A DNA stretch of 59,174 nucleotides from Basidioascus undulatus (taxonomy: Eukaryota): assembly GCA_000826855.1 (NCBI GenBank), contig JTLS01000007.1, positions 1-59,174 of the forward strand, given 5' to 3'. A model generated the notes under the pieces. That model saw only the letters and a list, made by a program, of their open reading frames with translations. It did not search any database and had not been told where the DNA came from. The position numbers and the translations under genes are program-made. Every line of letters starts with the position of its first letter. Position 1 is the first letter of the stretch. Below, piece after piece: positions 10,961 through 23,714 of the stretch.

Positions 10961-13113
10961 ATGCCGCTTGCTCTCACGGACCTCGTTTTCATCCCTTCGG
11001 TTTCTACCGCTGCCTGTCTTGCGGCAGTCACCGTGGCCGTCTACCATCTTTGTCTCACTCTTTACTATCTTTACCTTTCGCCACTCGCAGGCATCCCTGG
11101 GCCGAAAGCCGCTGTACTGGTGCCGTACTGGTCGACTTTCAAGTGGATCCAAGGCGATCTGACGCCGACGATCCAAGACTTTCACACCCGCCATGGCTCG
11201 CCACTCATTCGCATCGGCAGGAATGAGGTCGCAGCCTGGGGGTTGAAAGGTGAGTTGAGGTTACTATAAGAAAACATGGGGTGACATTTGCTTCGGTTGC
11301 TGATACAATATGGCTGCCTGTTGCATGGTTACAAAGCTTACAGGGAGATCTACGTCGAGAAACGGTTCCCCAAGGACGGTGATTTCTACCAGGGCATGGA
11401 CGGTTTCGACCTTGGTGCGGAGGCTCATAGCGTTTTCACCATGAGGTTCGTTTACCAAGTCCCTGCTCCAGCGTCAACATGGCCACCTTGACTGAGTGCC
11501 TCTGCTTCCAGCGACCCCGCCCAACATCGCCAACGCCGTCAGATCCTTTCTCCGCTCTTCTCCCGCCAATCCATCCTTAAAATCGTGCCGCTTGTGAACG
11601 AGAAAGTCGACCTTCTTGCCTCAGGCATCGAGAAACACGTCAAATGGTGGGGCTCTGTCAACCTCCTCCTCGCTATTCGTGCCACGACAATCGACATCAT
11701 CTGTAAGTCGTGCCTGTCTCTTCCGACTATGGTTGGTAATCCGGGATGCTTTGGCTCAACCAACTCGCACCTACTCTCAGCTGTTCTCGGCTTCGGACAG
11801 GCTCTCGGCGCGCTCGAGCATTCGGAATTCAAGCATCCGTTTCTCCTTGCTTTTACCGACGGCTTCCCAGCTCTCATGGCCCGCGTCAGCTGGCCCAAGA
11901 TCGTCGACAGCGTCCGGTTTCTTCCTGGCGCTCTTGTGCCCACTGCTGCAAAGAACATGGGCCGGCTTATGAAAGTGCGTGAGCCACTGACTACTGCGTC
12001 CTTCTTTTTGTTTGACCCGCTACTCACCCCATTCCCGACACGCTCAGATCATTTCCGAGTCGCTCAAGACACATCTCCAGTCACGCTCCGCGACTTCTCC
12101 GTACCCCGTTGTTTTCGCCAACCTCCTGGAGTCGCAACCTCGCCCGTCTTCCGCAGCTATCGAAGCCGAAGCGTTTGATTTCCTTGGGGCAGGTATGTCG
12201 AGATATGGAACTGCGTGGACGATTGCATCAGCCCGCCTGGTTGTACAGCATGCTGAGAATCGTCGTCTTGGTTTCTCGCGCCAGGCGCCGACACCGCCGC
12301 TCATACGTGCATCGCCGCGGTTTACCACATTACGAAAAACCAGTCCATTGAGTCAACTCTGCTCGAGGAGCTCCGCAGCGTGGCCCCGAGCCCCGAGGAC
12401 AAGCCGTCTCTCCAGGACCTCGAGAAGTTGCCCTACCTCACTGTGCGCGCCTGCTTCCTCCGTGTCTTCGCTTAGAATCCCTTGTGGATGGTTGCTGATA
12501 TAGTACTGTTATCACCCACATCTCAGGCCTGTGTCAAAGAGGCGCTCCGTATCGCAGTCCCCGTTTCAGGCGTCAAGCCGCGTATCGTCCCCAAGGGCGG
12601 CTGGGACTTCGAGGGTGTCTATCTGCCTGAGGGCACCATCGTCGGCGGACTCGCCCTCTCGGTCAACCACGACCCTGCCATCTTCCCTGAACCGCTCGGT
12701 ATGCCTCAGGCATCTTGTTCTGCCTCTTTTATAGCGAACGAGCCTTATACCTAATACCTGCCAGCCTTCAAGCCCGAGCGCTGGCTTAATGCGGAAGGCA
12801 AGTTTGACAACACGCTCGACGCCTACCTCATGACCTTCTCGAAGGGCCCGCGGCAGTGCCTCGGCATTAAGTTCGTCACCAATGTTTCTCCCGCGTTCCC
12901 TAGATGCTCTGCAGTTCGCTTACCCTAGCAACCGCTCTCTTTCGCAGTCTCGCCCATGCCGAAGTCTACTTGATTGTCGCCTCACTCATCAGGCGCTTCC
13001 ACTTCACTGTCCACCACACCATGCGTGAGGACGACATGTCGACCAAAGGGCGCAACTTCTTCACCGCCATGCCTGCTCGGTGCGAAATGCGGGTCAAGAA
13101 GCGGGACACCTAG
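10961..13113 (+). CDS. Cytochrome P450 (CYP53-clan-like), multi-exon
   Basis: N-terminal TM plus SPLAGIPGP hinge, I-helix GAGADT, K-helix KEALR, FKPERW, heme motif FSKGPRQCLG. Exons splice in frame. Confidence 0.95.
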
Positions 13114-13570
13114 ATCCAGTCGTTTCATTCTGATTTCTTCTGATTGGAGACCTGGGGATCTCTTCTCATTTTGGTAGTATCCGTTTGCCTTGTCTGTTTC
13201 ACTCCTCGGTTGATTCCTTATACTGCCATTGTATGCAAAGACCCATTTGACCCCTATTGTTCGCTGGGACGAGCACATCCTTTCCATGTCATTGTCTTTG
13301 GCATCGTTTCAATTCATTTACTTCTGTCACTATCTGTGTCTGGTGCGCTGCCGGGAGGTAGAACCAGAAGAGAAAGCGAAAAAGGGACGAGGCATGCGCT
13401 CTGAGGATGAACCGCTTGAAGAGCAGTCTTCTGCACAGCCGAGCAGTATACTCGTCCTCCCGCGTCGAGAACCCGTCATACCACCGCGCCTTTGCTGGTC
13501 AGTCGCTCAGGAGCGCAGGAGCGTAGGAACGGGGTTGTTCGATGGGGAGCGAGGTGGGAAGAAAGCGAGG

Positions 13571-13596
13571 GGATGGATGGATGGATGGATGGATGG
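13571..13596 (+). repeat. (GGAT)n microsatellite
   Basis: ggatggatggatggatggatggatgg. Confidence 0.9.
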
Positions 13597-14206
13597 GGAG
13601 AACGCGTGGATAAGTGATGAGGATAAGCACCGCTTTCGAGTAGCGGGTGCGAGTGAGTGAGTGGGCGAGTGAGTTGCTCAATGGAGCATCGCTTCAGGGC
13701 GTCCGAAAGGAAGTGAATTGCTAGAGAATTCAGCCAGCCAGGAGAGAACGAGCATGATGAGGCTGTCCACTATCCAGCTGTTGAGATGTTGGGAGACGCC
13801 TTGGCTTGCTGTCAGCGGGTGCCAGTGCCAGCGTTGTCAGAACGTAATAGAAGATAGACCGCCAGCTGGTGATCTTCAGTGATCGACCGCGCCCCCTCGC
13901 TGTACGCAAGGAGATGACTGAACAGGCGACGATGGCGTGGAGGGGCGAGGGGCGGTGTCCGTGGACGTCCGGAAAATGAACGAGACAAGAGCTTGGCCGT
14001 GCCTGTGCCTGAGCATGTGGGGTTTCGATCCGCTTACGTAATGAAAAGACGGTTTCTATCGTTCTCCTTGACGTCCAGGCTTGACACCGGCGGCGATGGC
14101 CTAGAATTGCTTTGTTCTTGTCACACGTGTATTCTTTAAACGAGATTGGAGGTGTGCGTGTACATCTTCTTGTCCTTCAACCACTTGCCACCCGCATCCC
14201 AACGGG

Positions 14207-16440
14207 ATGCTGTCCCTCCTGAGCCCGTCGCAAGCACTCACGCTCGCTGCCGCCTGCACAGCACTCACACTCGGTTCCCCCACGCTCGGTCTTCCGCAGT
14301 CCCGCTCTTCTTCAACCCTCTCAATCCCCCTCTCCAAGCGCGCTAACTCGTACATCGACCCGGACACAGGCTTCGTCGACCCCGCGAAGCTCACAGCCTT
14401 CCGGAGCGCGACTCGGCAGTGCGTGGTAGCTTTTCCACTCCCTCACCTTCGACTAGTGGTTACTGACTGGAGCGTGCTGGGGGGGGAAACAGTAAGGTTC
14501 GCAAGAACGCAGCGCAGTTCCAGCTCCGGACTGGGCAGGCGTTCGGGGGCGGTGTCCTCCTGCCGGAGCAGGAACTGCACTCGCGCCTGGAGCGGCGCGC
14601 GCAGGGGGACTTGGGGTTGACGTCTTATGAGACGCATTGGGGGGGGAGGATCTCGGTGATTAACTAGTGTTCTATGCGAATGGGGGAGAAGGCAGCTGAA
14701 AGAGGTCTGCGTGCCCGTGCAGATCGGCACGCCCCCCCAGGAGTTCGATATCGACTTCGATACGGGGTCGACGGACCTTTTTGTGTCCAGCCAGAGCTGC
14801 CGCTTAACCTGCTCCGAAAAGACCCTCTACGAGCCGAGCTCTTCGTGTGCCCTCCTTTTCCGTTTCCGCAAGCCGAACTCTGGCTCACAGCCTCCTTTCT
14901 CGCAGCTCGACTGCAACTAGTCTGGGTGAGCGATTTAGCCTGAGGTTTGTCTCCCAAACTCCCTCCCGTAACTCCGGCATTTAAAAAGCAAGCTTATGAA
15001 ACCGTTCGCACGCAATTGCAGTTACGGCCTCGGCGATGCCTCCGGCTTCCTCTACAGCGACACCGTCTCCGTCTCCGGCTTCTCCGTCCCGAACCAGGTC
15101 CTAGGTGCCGCAACGACGCTCGCGTCCCCGTTCCAGTCCATCACGGGCTTCGAGCCGGACGGTGCGCCCCCCCTTCTTTCTTCCTCCTTCCTCCTTCCTC
15201 CCGTTGTCCCGACGCAGGCTGGCAGTGCTGATGCGGTACGGGCGGGAGGGGAACAGGCTTGATGGGCCTCGCCTGGCCCAATCTGTCGTCATTTCCCGCT
15301 ACGCCGTGGTTCAACAACCTCATCTCCACCGGGGCGCTGGACGCAGGTGTATTCTCTTTCCGGTCCGTCGCGTCCCTCCCCCTCACCTCTCCTCGCCTTC
15401 CTCACGCCCTCCCTCCCCGCAGACTCGCAAAAGACGACTCTTCCTCGCTCCACCTCGGCGGCGCAAACGCCTCTCTCTACAGCGGCGACATAATCTACTC
15501 TCCTGTCGTTCAAGGAGGCTACTGGCTCATCTCGCAGGACGACCTCTCCGTCGGGCCCACCTCGCTCAACGCCGGGGGGTACGCAATCATGGACACGGGG
15601 ACGACGCTTATCTACGCTCCGCCGTCGATCGTCGATTCCCTGTACTCCAAGCTCGAGGGCGCCGTCAGGGCGGACTCGCTGGGAGAGGGGTACTACGTCC
15701 TCCCGTGCGAGAACTTGCCTTCGGATGTTTGTGCGTTACCCCTTCTCCCCTTCCCCGCTTCCCCATCACATCGCTCAAACCTAAACTATCTCTTAACCCG
15801 TCCCGAATTAAAATTCAGCGGTCACCTTCTCCGGCCGCTCCTTCCCCATCTCCGCCGAAAACTTCAACGCCGGCCGCGTCTCCGTCCGCCGGCGCGGGGG
15901 GAACTCGTACGGGCCCGGCCCGTCGGGGACGGACCTGAACAGCACTTCTTCCGGGGGGAAGGACGACTCCGGCATTGACTTTAGCAAGGACTACTGCCTG
16001 GGCGGGATCGTGGCGGAGGACCTCGAATTGGGCGCGGACACGTACCTTGTCGGGGACGTTTTTTTGCTGGTGCGTCCCCCGCTCCCCCTCGCACTCGCCC
16101 TTTTCTATTCCTCTCCCTTTTCCCCCATCTGCTCCATAACCTTTCGGAGCATTCCTCTGACGCGGAGAGCCCAAAACAGAATGTCTACAGCGTGTACGAC
16201 TTCGACAACTCCCGCGTCGGCTTCGCCGCGCTTGCCTCGGACGCCCAGCAGCCCAACGCTACCACGGACGGGAAGGGCTCGGGAAGCTCGGCGGACGGGA
16301 AGGGCTCGGGCAGCTCGGGCTCGGGGACGGAAGGCACTGGGTCGGGTCCCAGCTCTGCTGCTCCTTCGTTGCGCATGGGGTGGGAGGGGACGACGCTGGT
16401 CACGCTCGTGCTGTCGGCGCTGTTCTGTAGCTTCATGTAG
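14207..16440 (+). CDS. Secreted, probably GPI-anchored aspartic protease (peptidase A1)
   Basis: Signal peptide, SIPLSKR prosegment, IGTPPQEFDIDFDTGS and AIMDTGT catalytic motifs, VGDVFLLNVYSVYDFDNSRVGFA, Ser/Gly linker and hydrophobic C-terminus. Confidence 0.93.
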
Positions 16441-17388
16441 TTCTTTTTCATGCGAGGTTATGTTATAGCGGACGGTCTGGTCTTCGGAGTCTTGAGAACC
16501 GTTTTAGCGGATCTGCTGCACGCAATCAGCTTCCGAGCGCGATGCTGTGCCCGCTTGAAAGCTTGATAGTGCAAATCCAAGCCCTGCGCACTCGACAATT
16601 TTACTCGTTTCTTCTGCGTTCTTAAAAACAAAGGAAACCATCCTAGTTTCATAAAATAGGTATGTTTTACGTCCTGCCGCCACGTTGCGGCGACTGAATG
16701 AGTGCTGACTGCATGTGGCGCACGATGCCCGAGGTGTCGCGGCAGCCTGAGCACAGGCCCGAGGCGGCGCATTCAATGCCAGTCCGGAAACTGTTGAACA
16801 TCTGGACTTTTATGATACGAATTAAAGCAATGCGGCGAGCACCGTCGCCGAAATGTCCGGCTCGACGCTGCAGTGCCATCGCTCCTCACTCAGGAGGGAG
16901 GGCTGCCGCCTCCCTTCCAGCACACAAGCAAAGGGTGCCATGTGAGCGAGTGGTCTACACATCCAGCTTTGTCTGATTAATTTCCGGTACTCACTAGTTT
17001 CTTCCGAGCATCAACACGCCGCAACGGTTGCCTGATAGCCACTCGCGTTTGCTGAACGTCCCGGATACATTGGAAGCATCCTAAACAGGATGGGCACACT
17101 TTATTAACGAGGCGGTGCCTGATATAGGAACACAGGGTGCTTGTTCCTCTTATCACTTGTCAGGGAGGAAGGGAAGTCGAGAGCGCCAGGACAAGGTCTG
17201 TGGGAGAAGGCATAAAAGACCGGTTCGGCCAGTGGACTTCGCTCTTCGACTCTGGTCCAACCCAACCTCGACTTCTTACCACCCCTTCACTGTACCTCCA
17301 CAGCTGTTAGAATCTTTGCTCTCTGTCTCACCTCTGACTTCGCTCCTCCTCCCCCTTCAGCTAGCACACTCCCCTTCTTGGCTCAACC

Positions 17389-18324
17389 ATGATGGTCCTC
17401 GCTCTCCTGGCTATTACGCTCCACATCGCGGCTGCCGCGTCGCTCGAGGTTCCTCCGGCCATGGCGACCTCACGAAGCCCCCATGTTCACGCGTCGTACA
17501 TCATGGGGAAGGCTCCGGCGCCGTCGCGTTTCAAGCGGAGGTGCGATCTCCTCGCTTCAACCTCCTCCCATATGTCTGTTCCTTTGGAATGGATCAGCTG
17601 AACAAGGGGTCGGTCTTTGGTACAGTACCGGCTGGCCCGTGAGAACTGCGCGTACAACACCTTCGACGGCAACAACCACTTCGTTCCCTCCAGCGACAAA
17701 TGCGACGCGACTATTGCTGCAACGCATGGATCAATGCCGTTTTCGTACATAATCTCCCTCCTATAAAGGTTGAAACTCGTGGCTGACGTATGGAGCGAAA
17801 TGATGCAGGACTGTGGCAGCGGGTCGGACACCAGCACGTGGACGCTTGCGTCTGCCCCACGCAGCTGACTCGGCGCGCTCTGCGACGACTGCCTCTACGA
17901 GGGGGTCACCGTGTCGGCGAACGACTACGCGAGCCTCTGGAGTTCGCTGTGGGAGTGTGAGTCCACTTGACTTCGGTTTCGTACTGCGGCCGCTGCTAAC
18001 TCCGCCATACCAACAACCATGCTCTACTCCTGCGTCGAGGAGGGCTACATTCGGATGGGTTCTGCGTCTTCCAGCATCTCCTCGCCTACCCCACTTCGAC
18101 TCGGACCACCTCCACCTGCCATCCCGACCCTATGTGTACCCCTATCACCACCACGAGAACAATCGGCTCGAAGGCTCCCGCGAGCATACCCGACTCTCTT
18201 CTTTCGGTTTCCTCTTTGGTCTTCCTTGGCTCCAGTCTGTTGGTATACCCGCTCATACTCTTGCGAATCAATGTGTTCGGTCCCTGCAAAAGTAGTCCGC
18301 TTGTCTCTTAACTGCTTCGTGTAA
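17389..18324 (+). pseudogene. Probable decayed small secreted Cys-rich protein
   Basis: Signal peptide MMVLALLAITLHIAAAASL and a KR site. Cys-rich fragments (ENCAYN..KCDATI, DCGSG, DACVCP, LCDDCLYE) lie in different frames. Confidence 0.4.
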
Positions 18325-18789
18325 TAATGCCAGATTTGGTAATTTTAAGAGTAAGGTGAAGAGAAAAGAGTATGGCGACGTAGTTCAAGCCCGTGGAACG
18401 ACGTGCAGAGCACAGAGACGCGGAACGTCGCCCTCAGCCTTTCTTCGGAATATATGTTTTAAAGCTGTGTCCAAGGAATGACTTTGTAACCTGCCGATAT
18501 AGTTTTGGCCTTGAAATGAACACCGCCTCGATGTCCTTTGGCAGAGGGAGACCTTGGGGAGACTACTACAGTCTGATGCTGCACGATCTCGATTCTTCAA
18601 CAGGCTCGGACAGGCCATTCCCTCATCTCTATTGCGGGAAACGGAAAAAGAAGTCAGCACAATCCATTCCACATCCTCATCCGCGTCCCGTCCTGCGTTC
18701 GCCACTCGCCGCTCGCCACCCGCCTTGGGCCTCTCTCCCTCTCTATCCACACCAATCGCTTTACTAGGAATCAAGAGTCAAGACCTCCA

Positions 18790-19690
18790 TCGTACCCCTT
18801 CGCGCTTCCTCCGGGTTGCCGCTGCTCTAAGGAGCTGTCGAACGCCAAACTCGATTCAAACAGGCATTCCTGTCCAGCTTAACGTCCCCCCAGATCTCGT
18901 GCCATACCATTTGGACCATTTCTTCCGTCCAAGTGCCAAGAGCAAGAATGAAGACTCAACACCTCCCTCACGCGCTGCTCCACGGAGCTATCGAGCAGCG
19001 CATCTCGCGTCTGTTCAACTCACGCAGGTCACTCGATATCCCAATGGCTCCTGCCTCCAACCCAAGCACAGAAAATAAAGGCTCAAAAATTAACACCCAT
19101 CCCCCTTACTCGTCTCAGGGTGGCGCGACTTTGCGACAATGTTGGGCTGCCTACCGGTCAAACTCACATTAACGTACACACTGCGCAGATGGCCGACTGT
19201 TCTTCATGATCAAATATCAAAATGACGAAATCAATATACAAGGATTTTCTTCTTCCTTTCACGCTTCTTCAGGATTGCTTTGTTCCGCGGAGCCATCAAA
19301 CTCCTCCGGGGTAGCGCGTCCGTCCAACTCATGCCTTCTCCACAGGTCCGAAGGCGATCTCCCGACCCCAGAATCCAGTGAAATAGCCAGTAACAAAAGC
19401 CTAGCACTTCCCTCTCGCGTCTCTTCAAGGTAGCACCGCTTTGCGGAGCTGTCTGGTAGCATGTCTTGCGCCTGTTCAGCTCACGCACTCTGCAGATCGT
19501 TCGGCATCACACTTCGTTCTCCCTCCCACCCCAAAATCAAATCCTAAGAAGTTAAGAATGAGCCCCTCCCCCTCCCCGCTCCTCAGGGTTGCGCTGCTCT
19601 ACGGAGCTGTCAAACTAAGTCACCAATTGTCAAACAGAGCACAGTGCGCTTGCCCACGCCTTTCAAACGCATCGAAAGCGCATTGACAGG
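18790..19690 (+). repeat. Degenerate tandem array of six ~151-158-bp units
   Basis: Core (ctcaggRT)GCGCTGCTCTACGGAGCTGTC variants at about 18831, 18984, 19135, 19289, 19445 and 19603. Confidence 0.75.
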
Positions 19691-20149
19691 AACTCCTAAT
19701 AGTCTTGTGGAACCTCAAGAGGCGTCGATAGCCATGCTGTGGCGAGCTTCTACACAACCGACTCACCGCTGCTCGATCTCCACTTTCCCAACTATTTCAA
19801 CATATCCGCAGTGAACCCTTTAGCGCATATTATAAATCATCTTTCGGTATCAGCGCAACCGGACCCCGGCTAGGTCCCGCACCGAGTCGCTCGGCCCCCA
19901 CACGCTGGCAGCGGTGACCCTTCTTTCAGACGGCGGCGCGTCGGAGAACAGCTATTGACGATGAACGACTGGTATTCTTCTGGAGCAGTCAAAGAGCGGC
20001 ATACGATCCACATCAAATGAAGAAAGTTGGGACTGCCGATGCGTCCTGCCTGTGCAGCGTCGAGTGACATGGCCCGGCCTTTTCGTTCGCGAGGACGCCT
20101 TGGGATTGTCAAAGCTCTGGGCTGGCAGTGCAGGCGCCAACGAAACAAA

Positions 20150-20223
20150 TGGACATATCCGGAATTGAACCGGAAACCTCCTCCATGCAAAGAAGGCGTG
20201 ATAAGCCACTACACCATATGCCC
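20150..20223 (-). tRNA. tRNA-Ala (TGC), intronless
   Basis: Reverse complement GGGCATATGGTGTAGTGGCTTATCACGCCTTCTTTGCATGGAGGAGGTTTCCGGTTCAATTCCGGATATGTCCA folds into a full cloverleaf. Confidence 0.9.
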
Positions 20224-20777
20224 TTGCGTAATTTGTTAAACTTTATTTTTAAGACTGTCATCACGGCAATGTGCACAGACCGGCAAGAATCAAAGAGCTA
20301 GGAGGAATTACAAGGCTAGATAGAAAATTGAATACAATGAGAAAAGGTAAGCGTAAAGAGACGCTGAGAGGCGTGTCAACACTTCAGGTGGCTGTCAGCG
20401 GAAGGAATGGGTAGGATGGACAACTGTGTCCGTCAGTGCTATCTTTCTCCGACAGGCATTCCAAAGGGTTGGCTCTTCCATCCAATTCAGGCAGGAGGCT
20501 TCAATGTTGAAAAGGTTGGAGTTGACATGCAGGCCTTGGGCCAGCTCGGAATTGACGGCGTGGAAGTACTGTGATTGCGTCTAAAACCCTACGCAAGAGG
20601 CTGCCTGGTATTTGCCTGTAGCGATTGAGGTCGTTTTTGCTAATTCACAAAGATGTTCGACAAAGAGTGGTCCAACTATTATTTACTGTACGCATCGGTT
20701 CTTGGGCAAACACGCCGACACAGGTGGCAACCCGTCCGTTCATCCTAAAACAATGCGCAAGCCCATCTGTAACCCTC

Positions 20778-22073
20778 TTAAATGAGCCCCGGCACAAGCG
20801 CCCACCGCGTGCGGTTCTTGTATTGCCTCCACTGTTCGCCATACTTGCCCTCCATCCACTGCTCGAGCACGGGCACGCCGCGTGCCGCAAAGTCGTAGCC
20901 GAAGAGAAGGAAGTTGAAGAGCGCGCCGCTGGGCGAGCCGGCAGCGAGGGCGAAGCCGGTGCGCCAGAGCGTCTGAGAGGGGAAAAGGGAGAGAGGAACG
21001 GGTGAGTGGGTGATACGAGGGGGAGACGAGAGGAAAGACGTACGTAGAATGTGTAGTTGATGTTGCGGAGAATGGAGAAGAGTCCTATCAAAGCGGGATC
21101 GTTAAGGAGCTACGGAAAGAATAAATTAGAAGACATACCTCCAGTGTACAGCTTCCCCTTGTTCTCGGGCTTGCGCTTGAACGCCTCGCGCTGGAGCTCA
21201 GAGACGAGCTCGCCGGTGATGCCGATGCCGTAGAGCGCGACGCCGGTCCATTGCAGCGGGGAGAGCTCGGGACCGTTCTTCAATGAATGTGGGGGATGAG
21301 AGCGGACAAAGGAAGAGTGGAGTGCGGAGATTATCGGGAAGAACCACGCACAGGACTGTAGAACGCCAAGATCACGTTGATGGAGTTCATGGCGCTGCGA
21401 ATTGCGACAACAGTTTCAGTGAATTATCGCACTTTGGACTTGATGCACGCCAGACAATGTAGACAATACGGACAGGTTGAAAAGCGAGACGGCGAAGGCA
21501 GGGACGTTGTTCCGCTGACAGACGAGCGCGTAGATGCTCTGTTTAACTCATGCAGAACAGTTCAGTAAGGCCTATCCCAGTGCGGGTATATGGAACGAGG
21601 AATCCACCTGCTTGATCGCACTCCCCAGGCTCATGCTAACCAAGATCAATCCGAGCTGGCCCAGCCCGCCAGGCCCGCGGGGATTGATCAGCGCGCGGAA
21701 GTCAGCGTGCGGGCGGAGGCCGAGCTTGATGAGTGCATGGCAAGCCCATCCGCGAGTGATGTTGTGGTATTGGAACAGCGGCTGTTCGGAGTGTCAAGAT
21801 CGATCGAGATGGGCGCGTCAGCTTAGCTAGGGTGGGGAGAGAAGGAGTAAAAGGCCGACTTGCGTCTACTGCGCGAAGACCGACGAAAGCGAGCTTGTTC
21901 AGCGTCGTCGCTGATGAGCTTCGATCGATGCGATCAGCAGGCATCCTTGCCGAAGAATTGGGAGTGTTGAAGATGTTGGTGGGGAGGAAACAACCGATGG
22001 CAGAGCCAAGCAGAGCAGCGGGAGGTCGAGCTAAGTTAGGGCCTCCACCGGTTCCGGTCAACGTGAGCACCAT
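20778..22073 (-). CDS. DUF1295 / steroid 5-alpha-reductase C-terminal-like membrane protein
   Basis: Spliced: GELVSELQREAFKRKPENKGKLYTGGLFSILRNINYTFYTLWRTG..VPVLEQWMEGKYGEQWRQYKNRTRWALVPGLI*. Confidence 0.85.
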
Positions 22074-23199
22074 GACGACATGGCGATAGCTGCACAACGC
22101 GACGAAACTCGCACAGCGAGCTGAAATAAATGCTGCTAACAGCCGTCGTATGCGCTGTTACGGCTTGTTACGGCATATTTATATTGTCTGAATACTTGAC
22201 CACCCACAAGGGTGATCTGCGAGCACTTGCGATTGTGTGAGAGATTCTCGCTGCCCCACGATAGCCGGAAGCCAGGAGACTGTGGCACATCCTTAAGGGA
22301 TCGCTGAACAATTTGCTGATAGTGTCCACTTTTGCCTTTGCCTTTGAAATTCGCAAAGTTTTAAGCGGAATGGCCGCCGGGCGGTCGCGAGTGCCAGCAC
22401 GTGCTATAGCTACGCTTTGCTCTGAATTGTTCTGCATTGCCTCGAAAAAACCATGAACAAACATGTATAGCATTATACATTGCTATTCTGGGGTTCCAAC
22501 CTACCCTTTCCAGAATCACTAGCCCAACCTCACTTTGACGCCAAATTATTCCATGTCTTCCCCCCCGCCTGTGCGGGCACGCCATCAACCCTCTTTCGAT
22601 GCCGACCAAGATCTAAACCGGCTGTTAGATCTCTGAGTATGGGTACCTGGTGATCCTTTGGCAGCTAACACTTTAGCATGTGAGGTTTCAGAACGTGTGC
22701 AGTTGTGCGGTGCTCAAGGAAATCGAGTTGATCGCCCAGAGTAGACGGCAAGCAGGCCACCTCTGCGTATCAGTACATGCCCAGTTCAATACCATAACCG
22801 AAGGAGCAGTATAGACGGAAATTTTGGGGACATTGCTCTGGGAAACTGATCGGCATCGTTTCCGCAGACCGCTCCTGCGGGAAGGTCGAAGCGCCGTGGA
22901 AGTCATTAGAGCAGGCAGTACCGTTCTCGCATGCGCTTGTTCTGGCCACACAAGTGCCGTTCGACAGCAGGAAATGTAATGTAGCGGTAAAACATGTGAC
23001 ATGAAGTGCGATAAAATCGGCGACAAGCGCCAAGGAGGTTCCAGAAGCTCGACCACAAGAAAAATGCCCCGCAAACTAGCCCAAGACTGCAAATAAAGGA
23101 AGGTATGCGACTGGTCAAATCAATATGATGCGGACCGCGTCACAGGTCGTTGAGCAGAGAATCAGCATAGTAGCCAAGTCGAGCACCATGTAAGGCGCT

Positions 23200-23630
23200 C
23201 CTCACCTGGCCGTTCACCCTGGCAGTCGCCCGAAGCTCTTCTCGATGATGTGAGCTCTCAGTTTGGCCGAGACATTGTGCGCTACTAACAGCACATGTTC
23301 TTCGCAGCGCGTCAACATCGGCGACAACGAGTGGCGCGCGTCTTGCTTTACGATGGAAGTCTACGCCATGGGCCCTACAGCGGGCGGACCGCGCTGCACC
23401 TGTTTGAGTATCGTGGCCCGAAGGAGCCGACCTTCGTCACCGACCCTGGTGCGTCTGTCGCCTTGCAGCCTCCAGCTACGCTCGACTGACGCAGCATTGC
23501 GGTAACAGGCGTGAAACAGCTCTGCATCATCAAGACCACGCTGCCTCCTGGGTTGAATGGCAGAAAACAGATCGGTGCCAACGGCATAGAGTACTACAGC
23601 TACAAGGTCGACGTGCTCATCTGCCTGGGG
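23200..23630 (+). pseudogene. C-terminal fragment of an HSPA12-like (Hsp70/actin-like ATPase) gene, inverted
   Basis: LFEYRGPKEPTFVTDP|GVKQLCIIKTTL..GANGIEYYSYKVDVLICLG resembles the basidiomycete HSPA12 C-terminus. Confidence 0.6.
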
Positions 23631-23714
23631 AGGGCTATAAAAATAGGTTGGTGATGACCGTCTCTTCCTTTTTGCCGGTGCCGCAGTGGCTCGCAGCGTT
23701 TGGGTAACATAGCA

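Noticed and set aside
10961..16440. Secondary-metabolite or RiPP cluster around the P450 and protease
   Set aside because: No backbone synthase, UstYa-like oxidase or transporter; the repeat precursors are not adjacent.
18790..19690. CRISPR-like interpretation of the repeat/spacer array
   Set aside because: Eukaryotic context, degenerate repeats, ~125-bp spacers that are partly homologous, no cas genes.
22880..23050. FLLSNGTCVARTSACENGT, furin-like Cys fragment
   Set aside because: Single short fragment.
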